A stretch of DNA of 64,000 nucleotides from Octopus sinensis (GCF_006345805.1 NC_043001.1:103850001-103914000); one strand, 5' to 3'. Positions 1 through 13,900 are shown, counted from the stretch's first letter. Notes: generated from the sequence alone by a model not told the origin. A program made the numbers and translations.

Positions 1-199
1 GTCATGAACCAAGGGATTCAAGAGTTCGTGTCATTTGAGTGGAAATACATTGTTTGGGTGACCAGACGACAGAGCCTTCCAAAAGCAGATGACAACATTC
101 GCCGTGAAACGATAGGACAGGATAAGAACAATAGAATGCAGTTAGCAGCGGCAACATTATAAAAAAAAAACCTCGGATGTCTTGTTAGATTACAATACA

Positions 200-480
200 G
201 AAGCGAAATTCTTGTATGAGACACACCAAGATGAATTGTGGCGCTGAAAATGTAAGAAGTACTCAGTTAAAAGCTATACAGCTTCTAACTGATTGCTTCT
301 TCTGTATAGAAAACAGACCTTCACAGGAATGATTGGTACATTCTTATTCACCAAAATATCAGTGATTAAAGATTAGATAACCAAGAATCACCTGTAAGAT
401 CTTGTATTCGAAGTTTTCATCAATATATCATAGAAATTTCCAGCAAATATTTGGAAATCATAACTGATGGACAAATATGT
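200..480 (+). pseudogene. Possible heavily decayed MULE-like transposase C-terminal fragment
   Basis: Manual translation gives ITKNHL*...KFPANIWKS, resembling the MULE C-terminal RTNNxLE...HPNIWK motif; multiple stops. Confidence 0.25.
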
Positions 481-1319
481 GTTTATTAAAATATATACGA
501 TATTCTTGCGAAAATTTTATTACATAGAAACATTTTAATTTTAATTTTGCTTGAGTTTTTGAATAAAATAATGACAGAAATCTATTCACTAAACAATTTA
601 TTTACAAACAGTTAAAATGGCTTCGAAACATCTGATAGAATGGTATATAATAATGAGAATTGAAAGACGTGTAGTTTGATGAAATCTTCAAATCAATTGA
701 AAGTGAAGCTTTAAAGTTGGCCATCAAACAGAAAAGAGAAATTAAATATGAATCGAGATCAAAAGAAAATATGAGGAAGAGCTATAAATTAAAGAATTAC
801 CGATTGAGTAATTTAAGATAGTTAAGAACTAAGTGTAAGAAATGAAAGAGAACAGTTTGTTCATCTTCCTGGCTGTCATCTCTATTTATAGTATTAATTC
901 AATGAGTTGTGTACATCGTCTGGGATGGCGTTAATATTATCTCTCAGTAAGAAATGCCTGTGGAAAGAATAGTCACCCACCTGAAATTAAAGAAACATTC
1001 TCTTCACAAGACGAATAAATCAACAAACATTATCAGATTATTTTTATTTTTCTTTTGACATTTTATTGTATAATTTACCCAAACCAACAAGATAGCTGCT
1101 ACATCGTCCCTCAAATTCATTGAAATATCAGCGTAATCTCCTTTAAATCCCACTCTGTCGTTTTAAAAATAAGATTGTATCTATTACAACAGTGGATTCA
1201 CAGTCTCTTGAAAGAAACATAGATGGGGAGATAATAGCGAGAGACATTTTAATTATAGGTTTGTTCAATCAAGACCGACGGAGCTTGGGGCTAACCAACA
1301 ACAATTAATTTCCAAATAC

Positions 1320-1420
1320 AGACACAAGATGGCAGAGTTTGTGTAGGAGATGACTGAATCGGCTCCAGAAATGGACAGTAATTTTATCGACCTTGGAAGA
1401 ATGAATGATAAATTCGTTCA
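1320..1420 (-). mobile_element. Degenerate tRNA-derived SINE family B fragment
   Basis: ttttatcgaccttggaagaatgaatgataaattcg resembles the copies at 29255-29465 and 50056-50260. Confidence 0.5.
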
Positions 1421-1801
1421 CAAACATGATGGTCATTCAATTCCGAAACTAGACACGTGACTAAGCCCCGCAATAAACACTGTCCGACTTTATAGTGATT
1501 CTCACTATCGACCGCCATATGTGACGATGAGAAAGCTTCATTTTCCCAGAGACTCTAAAGAAAAGCACTCGATATAAAGCAAGTTTTGATTAACGGAAAC
1601 TATTATTTATTTATGTAAACACAATCAACATTCTATGGCTTGCGTTTTTCAGTTTTGTTCTAATCATTTGGGTAACGTTCCACGAATGTATAAAGTTATA
1701 TGAATAACTTTAAAGATCGAAGGAATAAATGATACTTAAAGCAATTCCATTGCACTGAAAACAATAACGGAAAGAGAAACGATGTTATTTACGCCCCCCT
1801 C

Positions 1802-1835
<34 letters not shown>

Positions 1836-2039
1836 CGTCAAAGAGGTGGACTGGCATGGTCTTTGTGGTGTGGAGTGGAACACCTAATAGTATATGTCCG
1901 GCTTCTGAGTTAGTGCCAGTTCAGATACCAAGCTCCTTCACCCACCCCCCGTAGGTTGTCTTTCACTTATTGCCCTCCTGGTTTGGTGAAAACTTTCAAG
2001 GGGTCGTTGAAGAAAAGTGGGGCGATGATGGGGGTAGCG

Positions 2040-2220
2040 ATTCATGTAAAAACAACAAAATAACGGGTTCATTGGGTTAAGTTTCATTTGTGAAATACAT
2101 TTGCTTTGAATTTGTTTCAGAAAGAGGTTTATGTTTGTGAGGGTTAGTTGGGGCAGGGGCGCTAGGAATGTGGTCCGGGTGTCAAGGGGGCAGCAGCCCG
2201 AAAAAGTTTGGGAAATACTG
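2040..2220. mobile_element. hAT/Charlie-like DNA transposon right end
   Basis: Ends in AAAAAGTTTGGGAAATACTG (2201-2220), the reverse complement of a CAGTRTTTCCCAAACT-type hAT TIR; partner end not found. Confidence 0.45.
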
Positions 2221-2464
2221 TTTTAGATAAACATCGGTAGCGCGAAGAAGGAGAAAAGCCTGCAGGCATCAGCACCTGCCAGGCTTCCTCAAACCATTTT
2301 GGACTGACCTTCATTCACATGTATAGATACATTTATGGTCGGCAATGACTGGTACAGACTCTATGGAAGTCGAGAAAGGGGTCGATTAGATCCATTAACC
2401 CCTAATGGCCTCTCATTTGTTTTACGTCAACCTGGGAAACATTGCATTGCTGCTACTATCTATT

Positions 2465-2478
2465 ATCGTTATTACTTC

Positions 2479-2530
<52 letters not shown>

Positions 2531-2697
2531 GGTGGTGGTGGTGGTGGTGGTGGTGGTAGTAGCAGTAGTAGTAGTAGTGGTGGTGGTGGTGATGGCAGTA
2601 GTAGTAGTAGTAGTGGTGGTAGTAGTGGTGCTGGTAGCAGTAGTAGTAGTAGTTGTAGTAGTGGTGGTGGTGGTAGTAGTAGTAGTAGTATTGGTGT

Positions 2698-2743
<46 letters not shown>

Positions 2744-2890
2744 GGTGGTGGTAGCAGTAGTAGTAGTTGTTGTTGTAGTAGTAGCGGTGGTGTTGATGGT
2801 GATGATGATGGTGGTGGTAGTAGTAGCAGCAGCTGTTGTTTTTGTTTTTGTTGTTGTTTTAACAGTAGTGGCAGCAGTACTTGTGGTAGC
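2465..2890. repeat. Compound (AGT)n/(GGT)n trinucleotide microsatellite
   Basis: Directly visible; source of the spurious poly-S/G/V/L ORFs. Confidence 0.95.
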
Positions 2891-3626
2891 AAGTCCAGAG
2901 TGTAGTTCGGTTCGTTTTACAACATTTTACAACGTCATACAAATCCCATTATTGTTTCTACACAAACTTTTAAGGTTTTCTGATTATGTGGATAAAATCA
3001 ATATTTCTGAAACGAAGCAGATCGATACCGCTTCCTCTTTTAAATGGAAAACAATGTCTCCGTGTATATATACAGCTCTGCTCAGTACATAAGTAAAGCA
3101 ATCGTTAATATAACATTAAAAAAGAGCGCAGAGTAACAGATTCAATCGGGGGAAAAAACGAATTAAACTCCTTCCGGTTGTTTTTTTTTTCTGGCCTCCC
3201 TTTAGAGTCTGGTTTCAAAACTGGCCGGATATAACTTTGTTTTTCGTCCACTTAAGGGAACACGTAGCTTTGTTCTCACTGCGAGCCACCTTGAGCAAGT
3301 GTTTCTTGTCACGGTTTCCGTTTTCGCCTGAGGAATTTTGTAGATATGTGATAAGGTTTCGCTGTTGCACGTTTGTCAGTGAAAAATGTAAAACACCAGC
3401 GAGAAAATGAGAGAAAACAAAAACTAAAAAAAGAAAATAAATAAATAAACAAGAATACAATTTCATGTAAGCGAAATCCCTTCCTTTGTTTGTACTGCCT
3501 CAGGTTACGGACACTCCCTTTCTCTGCTACGCCAGAATTGCTGTGAAGCAATAAACGATCCGTTGGAAGCATTAACTATTAAACTACCGTTTACCCTTGG
3601 CGATATGTATTGAATATATATGCTCA

Positions 3627-3670
<44 letters not shown>

Positions 3671-3735
3671 ATGTATGTACCGTATTTTAACGTGTGTAAG
3701 GAAACCATTTTTGTCAAAAATTAGGTTAAAAATAT

Positions 3736-4054
3736 GGGGTGGTAAGTAGCTTGCTTACCAAAGCCATGTGAGTGGATCTGGTAGACGGAAACTGAAAGAA
3801 GCCCGTCGTATATATGTATGTACATAGTATATTTATATGTGTGTGTATATGTTGTGTATCTGTGTTTGTCCCCCCAACATCGCTTGACAATCGATACTGG
3901 TGTGTTTAGGTCCACGTAACTTACCGGTCTGGCAAAAGAGACCGATCGAATAAGTACATAGCTTGCAAAGAATAAGTCCTGGGGTAGATTTCATTCGACT
4001 AAAGGAAGTGCTCCAGCATGGCCGCTGTCAAATGACTGAAACAAGTAAAAAAAA
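3736..4054 (+). mobile_element. tRNA-derived SINE family A, internally deleted
   Basis: Matches 19293-19690, but the head joins ttacca|aagcc directly (deletion across ACCA microhomology); same tail ccagcatggcc...tgactgaaacaagtaaaa. Confidence 0.85.
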
Positions 4055-4174
4055 TACATGGATACTATTATAATCCCTTACAAATCATTTTTCCAAATTT
4101 TAAGTCCCCAAATTTAGAAGGTTCTTTTACGTGAAGGGCCCTTATACACGTTAAAATACGGTACATATATATAT

Positions 4175-4226
<52 letters not shown>

Positions 4227-4233
4227 TCACATA

Positions 4234-4273
<40 letters not shown>

Positions 4274-4331
4274 TATAATATCTATACACCACATTCACAT
4301 AAGTGTATATATATAATATAATATATATATA

Positions 4332-4386
<55 letters not shown>

Positions 4387-4611
4387 TATTATACATACAT
4401 ACACACACACGTCTTTGTATTTTCATAGTTTCTCCATTTTTTTAGAGAAACATTGTCATCTGCTGGTATTGATACATCAATTAGAAAGCATTTTTTTTCT
4501 TCCTGATCTCTGACAACTATATCTGGCCAATTGGCCTTAATTTCTCTATCTGTGTGTATTGGCATATGCCATAGTATGGTTGCTTTCTCATTTCATGTGA
4601 CCATCATCATC

Positions 4612-4647
<36 letters not shown>

Positions 4648-5064
4648 GATATGATCGTTGTTAACAGCGATGCTACTGCTGTTGTGCTATTGTTTACTCT
4701 CAGATCGACTCGGATCGAATGGATAGAATGATAGAACCATTCAAATAGTCACCGAACCATCCTTTCGTCTTGGCGATGTTGAAGATTTTGCGATATCAAA
4801 GATTGTTCAATTTGGCCCCTTCTTGCTTTAAGATGGTGAAGATTGATTAGGGAGAATATTTTGGCTACTCGTCCCACCATGTAAGAGTCCTCTTTTGCTA
4901 TATTTCAGATGACCCCTGATCTCCAGGCCACCGACCAGTACCAGATCATAGATCATTTGATACCAGGCCGCAAAGAAACGATAATTTCTTTTTATTTATA
5001 TTTTTTTCTGGCCTATCGCAATTTTTTTTTTACTTTATATATGTATTACATTTTTTATAATTTA

Positions 5065-5270
5065 TCTTTTTACTTTCAGTCATTGGACTATGGCCATGCT
5101 ACAGCACTGCATTAAACGGTTTAGTCTTAAGAACCAACGATCCCAGTATTTAGTTTATTTTTATTTGCACCCCGTACTTATTTTGTTGGTTTCTTATGCT
5201 GAACCGCTAAGTTGTTGGGACGTAAACAAACCAGCACCGGTTACCACGCATTATTGGGGACAAGCACCAC
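5065..5270 (-). mobile_element. SINE family A 3' half, diverged
   Basis: cagtcattggactatggccatgct...gaaccgctaagtt...aaccagcaccggtt is the reverse complement of the family A tail. Confidence 0.75.
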
Positions 5271-5285
5271 AAACAAATGAATATA

Positions 5286-5328
<43 letters not shown>

Positions 5329-5335
5329 ATAGATA

Positions 5336-5460
5336 CATTTCTTTATTAGCCACTCAGGGCCGAACACAGAGGGGAGAAAATACAATGTAGAGCTTTTCTT
5401 TTCGGAAAATAAAGGAGAAAATGAAATTCCGATCAAAAGAGATCGTGTATCACAAATCAA
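5336..5460 (-). mobile_element. Very short 5'-truncated Tx1-like LINE 3' end
   Basis: catttctttattagccactcagggc...tagagcttttctttt duplicates the 3' end starting at 5483; AATAAA on the minus strand. Confidence 0.7.
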
Positions 5461-5482
5461 CAGATAGAGAAATAGACAGATA

Positions 5483-6640
5483 TGTTTCTTTATTAGCCAC
5501 ACAGGGCTGCACACAGATAGAACAAATTACAAGGTAGAGCTTTTCTTTTGAAGGTTTAAAAAAAAATTAAAAATTAAAAAAAAATTAAAAATTAAAAAAA
5601 ATATAAAAAATAAGAAAAAAATAAATAAAATAAAAAATAAAAAAAAGGGGGGGTCGATCAAAAGGGATCGTAAAGGAGAGAAAGAGGACAAAAAAAAGGG
5701 GGGTTAAAAAAAGGGGAGAGGAAAAAAATTGATCAATAGGGATCGTTATCACAGAAATGTCAATATGAGTGTAAAGGGGGGGGGACAGGTGAGGTTTACC
5801 CGTGGAAAGAAAAGCCTACGGAAAAGACCACGGTAACCTCGGTCAATGAAGTCATGTTATATTTCTTTTTTTTTTTTTTTTTTTGCAAATAAGCAACTCT
5901 CTGTATTAATTTTTTACGGTTCATAGAATCATAGTCAAGGTGGCTTCGTCATTCATACGTGCCATCCTTGCTACATTCACCCATCTTTTTAAAACATTCA
6001 CTAGACAAAACTTGCCTCTCTACTCTCACTTTTTTCTTCAAGTGATACTTGAAGAAGTTGATGAGAGATTGACAGGAGAGGAAAGGTTTGCTCTCTAATC
6101 CTTTCAGACGCGTCCACCAGATACATTCTTTCGCCATAGCCACAAGTATGATAAAAATAGCTCTTCCTTCCCGTTTGAAGGAAGGAGGCGTGACGATATA
6201 ACGATAGACTCGGCTGATAAACCGACACGTCCCACACGTGACAGCAGTCGTCGACATAAGCCCACAGGTGGGAAATTGCTGGACACTGCACGATTGCGTG
6301 CAGAGCGGTTTCGTCGCTCTGCCCGCATCTCGGGCAGGTCGGCCCCGTGTTTCTCGAGCCATGCCTATAGAGCTTATCCCGAAAGGGTTAGCGCTTCTCG
6401 GTAGCACCGCCAGGCCAGGGATCTTGGAAGTTGTCCATAGGTCCCGGGCCGAAAGTCGTTTGAAACAGGCGGGTCAGGTATTCCTCGTCGACGCCCAGGT
6501 TTGCCCCGAGCTCGTCGTCGTACCTCCCCTCCACTAATCCCCTATAGAATGCTTTGGTTGTGTTGAAGTCACTCAAGGTCGACCCGGGACGGCAGAGTTG
6601 CTTGAGAGCAACGCGACACTCGCGGTGCCATTCGCCCTTC
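5483..6640 (-). mobile_element. Tx1/L1-clade LINE, 5'-truncated, ORF2 C-terminal Cys/His region
   Basis: Minus frames give FYRGLVEGRYDD...TCPRCGQSDETALHAIVQCPAISHLW (CCHC-type motif), frameshifted; homologous to 32578-33012. Confidence 0.85.
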
Positions 6641-6645
6641 TAGAC

Positions 6646-6720
<75 letters not shown>

Positions 6721-6724
6721 CAGC

Positions 6725-6757
<33 letters not shown>
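6641..6757. repeat. (GATA)n/(GACA)n microsatellite
   Basis: Directly visible. Confidence 0.95.
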
Positions 6758-6759
6758 TA

Positions 6760-6900
6760 TGCGATGGTCTTCTTTCAGTTTCCGTCTGTCGAATCCACTC
6801 AGAAGGCTTTGGTCGGCCTGGGGGCGAGAGTAAGACACATGCCCAAGGTGGCACGCAGTGGAACTGAACTTGGAAACATTGTTGGTGAGCACGGCCACCC
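6760..6900 (-). mobile_element. SINE family A head fragment
   Basis: cttctttcagtttccgtct...cccaaggtggcacgcagtggaactgaac is the reverse complement of the family A 5' part. Confidence 0.75.
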
Positions 6901-7065
6901 CTAGTTCTGCACACAAACACACACACGCACATATGCATATATTTATGCATATAAAAATATATATATACATACATATATGTGTATGTATATATATATATAT
7001 ACATGTATTATAAGATATATATTATATAGATATATATACTTTTTATATATTGATATCATATATAT

Positions 7066-7307
7066 TACTCTTTTATTCTTTTACTTGGCCATGTTAGAGC
7101 AACACCTTTAGTCGAGCAAATCGACCTCAGGACGTAGACTTTGTAAGCATAGTGCTGATTTCATCGGTCTCTTTTGCCGAACCGTTAGATTACGAGGCCG
7201 TAAACACACCGACAACGGTTGTCAAGCGATGGTAGGGGGACAAACAGACACACAAACACGTGCACATATATATATGTGTGTGTGTGCGTGCGTGTGTGTG
7301 TGTGTGT

Positions 7308-7348
<41 letters not shown>

Positions 7349-7500
7349 ATGTATATATATATGCAATGGGCTTCTTTAAGTTCCCATCTACCAAATCCAC
7401 TCACATGGCTTTGCTTGGCTCGAGGATATAGCAGAAGATAATTGTCCAAGGTTCCACGCAGTGGGACCGAACCCGGAAGCATGTGGCTGGTAAGCAGGCT
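7066..7500 (-). mobile_element. SINE family A, near full length
   Basis: Reverse-complement match to 19293-19690 including the internal (TG)n. Confidence 0.85.
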
Positions 7501-7882
7501 ATATATAATATATTATATTATATTTCATTATATATGTAATATTTAATTTATATATTATGCATACGACCACCATGTCCGCTCGCAGTGCTTAGAAAAATTG
7601 TCTTGCCTAAAACGAATCGAATGCGCGAAAATGGTTGGGAAGCGCTGCCTCAGCGAATCTCGTTAAGATAGGAAACAAGGATACATGCTCGCACCTTCGA
7701 CATTTTAATTGACATCTCCCCTTTATGGAAGCAGAATCGCCTACTTATATAACAAGCAGACCTGATGCAGAGAGCCACCTACAAACAAGGAAATACAAAA
7801 ATAGACGTTCATAGGAACTCTATACTTATTTAATAAAGAGAGAAGTAATTAAGTGTGTGTGTGTGTGCGTTGTGTGCGTTGT

Positions 7883-7927
<45 letters not shown>

Positions 7928-8679
7928 AAAGTGTTTTGGTAGCAAGCTATCGATTGCATTCGCCAATACATAGATTCCGTTACTATCCTAACGGACACAC
8001 AGATACACAGAAACACGAGTGAACGTATAACAAGCCACACATACAACATAAACACAATTTTTCCGACCAAATCAATATGAGGAGTACTAGATACACTTTG
8101 GTGGTGCTGAAATTCTGTGGAATCTGTTGCTTGTGTGTGTTTGGAATAATCATGATGAGATGAAAAACTTAGCAGCAAAGGTTGCGGCGTGATGTTCGAT
8201 ATGAGAATCCTTTAGATAAAAGGATGTTTTTAAACCGATTCACTACACACGCGCAACCACACACACACACACACATACACACACACACACAAATTCACAC
8301 ATGCACACACACACATACACGCATGCATGCGTGCACTGTGCTTGCGTGCGTGTGCAAGTGTATGTATATAAATATGTGTGTATGTGTGTGAGAGAGGAAG
8401 ATTATTGCTATGGATATTAATCTCTGGTAAGCGTTATATAAATAAGTACGTACGCAGCCCATGTAGACATGTTATGGGAGATATATGTGTCATACAGGTT
8501 TATATTGCACATGGATATAGACATAATGTATATGTGTGTGTGTGTGTGTGTATGTGTGTGTGTGTAGATATATACATTACATATACAGAGAGAGAGAGAG
8601 AGAAAGAGAGAGAGGCACACAGAGAGAATAATACAAATAGAAACAGAGATGGATAGGAGAGAGGGAACGAGGGAGAAAG

Positions 8680-9018
8680 AAGGAAAGAAGGAAAGAAACA
8701 AGGAAAGAAAGAAACAAACAAACAAAGAAAGAAGGAAAGAAGGAAAGAAAGAAAGAAAGAAAGAAGGAAAGAAAGAAAGAAACAAAGAAAGAAGGAAAGA
8801 AGGAAAGAAAGAAGGAAAGAAAGAAACAAAGAAAGAAGGAAAGAAGGAAAGAAAGAAGGAAAGAAAGAATGAAACAAAGAAAGAAGGAAAGAAGGAAAGA
8901 AAGAAGGAAAGAAATAAAGAAACAAAGAAAGAAGGAAAGAAGGAAAGAAAGAAGAAAGAAAGAAAGAAAGAAAGAAGGAAAGAAAGAAGGAAAGAAAAAA
9001 GAAAGAAAGAAAGAAAGC

Positions 9019-9060
<42 letters not shown>
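8680..9060. repeat. Compound (AAAG)/(AAGG) polypurine repeat
   Basis: Directly visible; source of the K/E/R-rich and F/S/L-rich ORFs. Confidence 0.95.
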
Positions 9061-9061
<1 letters not shown>

Positions 9062-9326
9062 TGGTAGATAGATGCTCGTACATATGTTCCAATATACTGC
9101 TAATTATAGAAATTAATTGAAATTAATTATTACGAGGTTTGTGTTTACAATACATGAATATTTATCAGAGATATATGTATGAGGTGATTGCGAATGTGCT
9201 CGTTGTTTCCACGGTGTATTTATGCTTGGATAGACGAGTATTGATATCCAAAGTTGCAATTATCAACACATGAGTGGATAGACCGATAGACAGATAGATA
9301 TAGACATAAATATAGATATACATATA

Positions 9327-9550
9327 CAGCAATCCCTCGCCATATCGCGGTTCACCTACCGGGGATTATGATTTAAGCTTACGTCGATTCCTCCCTGACT
9401 TTGTTTTGCATTTATAATAAAATAAATATATACGAATTATAAAAATAATTGAAGTAAAATATTCCCTACAGTGCTGTTTCTACTTCGCGGATTTTCACTT
9501 ATCACGGGGGTTAGGGGAACGTAAAACCCGCGATAGTCGAGGGATTACTG
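9327..9550. mobile_element. Tigger/pogo-type MITE (224 bp)
   Basis: TIRs CAGCAATCCCTCGCCATATCGCGG / CCGCGATAGTCGAGGGATTACTG; TA on the left, TG (mutated TA) on the right. Confidence 0.8.
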
Positions 9551-9634
9551 TGCACAGATATTTACAAACATAAACATCCATATATTTACATGAAACATAT
9601 AAACACAAAAACGTACGTATATTAAATACATGTA

Positions 9635-9853
9635 TATTCTTTTACTCTTTCATTTGCTTCAGTGATTTGACTGTGGTCATGCTGGAGCACCGCCCTTAGT
9701 CGAAAAATGATGGACCCCAGGACTTATTCTTTGTAAGCCTAGTACTTGTTCAATCGGTGTCTTTTTGCCGAGCCGCTAAGTTACAGGGATGTAAACACAC
9801 CAGCATCGGTTGTCAAGCAATGTCGGGGAACAAATACAGTCACATACACACAT

Positions 9854-9885
<32 letters not shown>

Positions 9886-10036
9886 GCGACGGGCTTCTTT
9901 CAGTTTCCGTCTACCAAATCCACTCACAAGGCTTTGGTCCGCCCTAAGTTATAGTAGAAGACACCTGCCCATGGAGCCACGCAGTGGGACTGAACCCGGA
10001 ACCATGTGGTTGGTAAGCAAGCTTACCACACAGCTA
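9635..10036 (-). mobile_element. SINE family A, full length
   Basis: Reverse-complement match to 19293-19690. Confidence 0.9.
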
Positions 10037-10064
10037 CATCGTATGCGGGCGTTCATATATATAA

Positions 10065-10104
<40 letters not shown>

Positions 10105-11290
10105 TGCTCGAAACACGGGAGTACAAAAACAGCCAACAACTGATGAAGGGTCGTCCTTTATGTTATTTGCCTTGTTTTCCATTTGTGTCTTTCGTTGTTC
10201 GAAAGAATAGTTCATATTCCATGTACTCGTACTTCGTATTTTTTGTGTTGTACATGTTTCATGACGTCCTGTGCCTACATATGTCGGTGTGTGTGTATAT
10301 ATGCATAAACAATAAGCACGTACACATAAACATATATGTATCCGTATATAAATGCTTACATATATACATATATATTTGTGACATACACAAGTTCGTTCTT
10401 CCAAAGTGTTCTACAGACGTGACTGTTGTGTGTATGTATACGTGCATGAATACACACACACACACACACACACAAACACACATGCGTATGTTTGTGTGTA
10501 CACCTGTATAGTCTCTTATGGGAGTATATGTCTGTATACGCATTGATATTTTCGTGTCATACACAAACTTATTCGCGTGTATAAGTTAATATATACCCTG
10601 TACGTATATGTAAATAAGAATATATATATATTATATATATTTACATACACACACACACACTCACACACACACATATATATATATATTCACACAATAATAC
10701 CTATCTGGCAATATCTATCTCTCAATCTATCCATGTATCGATTTATCTATCTACCTATCTCTCTATTTCTGTATATCACAGTTCCGTCATATATTCATAC
10801 ATATATATATATATATATATAATGGACCCGTGTTTATATATGCCACGCTTTAATGCAGTAACTGCAGAGTGTGTCACAGTCGCTCAGTAGCTTAACATTT
10901 CCTGATGTAATCCATTTATAATCGGTTAACCAAGCCAGTAGAACGAGACCGCTGGTTTATGTATGACATGCCTATCCTTCGGCGAATTAGCAGCTCAGAT
11001 GCAGAAGGAGAACTACAACCGGCATTCGTAACCGGGTCGCTTTTATGCATTTTTCATGGTTTCTTTTATGTATATTTTTACATCAACCCTCATCGTATTT
11101 AAATAAACCTTACACATCACGATATACGTGGACATCTGTGCAAGCGTGTGACCGTTAGTGAGTTTCCGTGAGCGCGTCCGTATGTATAGATTGGTTATGT
11201 ACACGCGCGCATAGATATATCTGCTTATCTATCTATCCATCTATCTATCCATCCATCTATTTATGCTTAGGTTGACAGATAAAGAGAGAA

Positions 11291-11404
<114 letters not shown>

Positions 11405-12923
11405 GTTTTGCGTGCGTGCATCACACACAAATTCACACACACAGTGGTTTGAATTTACATACGAGAGAAGTAGTACTCCTTCCAAGTTGCTGAGTTTATT
11501 CGTTCGAAGCTATTCACTCCGTCTCTGCTCGGTGCTTCACGCTATACTTAACAGTGAGTACGGACAGAGAGGCCACTACACACTTATAGGTATACATACA
11601 CAATCAATGTATATATGAATGAATGAATGTATGTATGTATGTATGTATGCAAGTAGGTACGTATGGTTTAATAAATACGTGTGTGTGATGTGTGTGTGTG
11701 TGTTGTGTATGTGTGTGTTGTGTGTGTGTGTGTGTTGTGTGTGTGTGTGTGTTGTGTGTGTGTGTTGTGTGTGTATGTGTCGTATGTGTGTATGTTGTGT
11801 GTGTATTGTGTGTTTTGTGTGTATGTGTGTGCTTGTTGTGTTGTGTGCGTTGTGTGTGTGAGTTGTGTGTGTGTGTGCTGCGTGCGCGTGTGTGTGTGTG
11901 TGAATACAAAAACCCAAAACACAATGAGACAGATGCCCTGGCTGAATGGCAGAATGAAATCTTGTTGTCGAACCGGTGTTCGCATGTGAAGGTGACTAGA
12001 TGGATGTTTTAAACGGGTGGTTAATTATTTGTTAAGTGGGTAATTATCGATTGATAGATTACTTGAATGAATGATTGAGGCAGTGAATCAGTGGAATAAA
12101 GGAAGAACAGTAGCAGGATATATCTCTGAAACTGTGTGACTGTGTTGATCTGAAAAGAATAAAGTAACTTAGCCGTGTTTGTATAAAATTAAGTCGCCTT
12201 GGGATCAACGAGCACTTGCAGGCATTGGTGTTTTCGCTCGGCTTGTCGGATACAACTACCCCCCAAATCACACCCTAATTATTTTTAAAAGCTTTATTAA
12301 ATAATATAACCTGTAGCTTGAAAAACAAAAAGGACTGGATGGCCACAACAGGAAGGCTTTTTTCTCAGAGATTTGCTCGATAAGGGCTGGCCGATGGCTA
12401 AACAACAACGATGTTAAAAGATTGTTAAATGGAACGGTGACAATTCCCAAGACTCCGTTTCGACTTTTTTTTTACGTATAATTGCCCTCAAATAATAGCC
12501 TATTCCTTTAGAATAATGGAAGGACATATCGGATTAAGTTCAACAAGGTGTAGGAAAACATAGATGAGAGGGTCACGGCTGGAGAATATTTGATAGTAGA
12601 TCTGTTTGTCTGTTGGTGGAGAAAAACTTGACAACATGTTACACATATAACAAGGATGCACTTGCGTAGAATTATATACATACATACATACATGCATACA
12701 TAAATACACACACACACATACACACACACACACACACCACACATATAATATATTATATATGTATATATAATATATATATATATATTATATATATATTATA
12801 TAGACGGTTGGATGGATATAGATGTAGATATCTTTAAAATATAATTTACCAGAAAAAATAGATATCAAGAAAAATATCTACATTCTCCATTCTGTTATCC
12901 ACCGCAAATAATGATAATAATAA

Positions 12924-12960
<37 letters not shown>

Positions 12961-13578
12961 TAATAAAATAATAATAGTAATAAGAATAACAATAATAATA
13001 ATAATAACAATAATGATAATAATAATGACGACGACGACGACGACGATGATGATGATGGTGATGGTGATGATGATGATGATGATGGTGGTGGTGATGGTGA
13101 TGATGATGATGATGATGATGATATAACCAACAATAAACATCAGCTATGATACAGTGAGACAACAGCGTGACCGAAGTATCTAAATGTAGTTTAAAACTGA
13201 ACACTCCCACACGCATATAACTTATGTTTGTGTGTGTGTGTTTGCGTTTATGCTTGTGTGTGTGTGTGTTTAATCTGCAACCAGCCTCATAGTAATAGCA
13301 ACAAATAACTATAAAACAAGTGACCCCGGGGACGACTGTTCACAGCACACACCCAGACATGAAACCAACATTAAGCAAGCAGAAGGCCTCAATATTGGAG
13401 TTTGACCTTAAAGGAGTAACAGCCAAATTGCCCCAAATTAAACCCTTCAGTCAGAAAACAGAAACAGAAAAGGGCCCAATAATTAATCTAGTACATATGA
13501 AAAGAAATGAAGATACAGAACGGTTATTTTACGGTTGAACCCTGTTGATCAATGAACCTCAACATGGGTTGGGGTGTA

Positions 13579-13787
13579 CGAGAGGGTGTTGAAAAGTTCT
13601 TGGCTTTTAAGGGTGTCGCGAAAGGCCTGCCTGGAGACCCAACCTTCCGAGTTCTTTTACAGGGCTTAGAAAAACTGAAGGATCGCTGCAGGAATCTGAG
13701 AAGGGAATGTGTTTAATAAAATCATAATTATCTGACCCTCGTGTGTTTTCTTTTGCCAAAAGCCAGGAACTTTTCATCACTCCCTAG
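13579..13787. mobile_element. Mariner-type MITE (209 bp)
   Basis: ~30-bp TIRs cgagagggtgttgaaaagttcttggctttt / aaaagccaggaacttttcatcactccctag; TA at 13577-78 and 13788-89. Confidence 0.85.
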
Positions 13788-13900
13788 TATGACAACAGTA
13801 AAAAACCATTAAGGGAACGTCTAGTAGAGTAGAACAATGTGCTAGTAATAGCAACCAAATGTCATTTTTCTTCTTAAAGAGGGTACTATATATTGGACAA

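Noticed and set aside
2405-3092. Long ORFs in several frames (poly-S/G, poly-V, poly-L), and similar ORFs over TA, TG, GATA and AAT repeats throughout
   Set aside because: They are translations of microsatellites; no domains or splice structure
3309-3572. Minus-strand ORF with an acceptor-like site near 3540
   Set aside because: No good donor and no recognisable product; could be UTR but is unsupported
10105-10152. gctcGAAAC...CTGATGAaggg as a type II hammerhead
   Set aside because: Stem I cannot form (caaaaacagccaacaa is not self-complementary)
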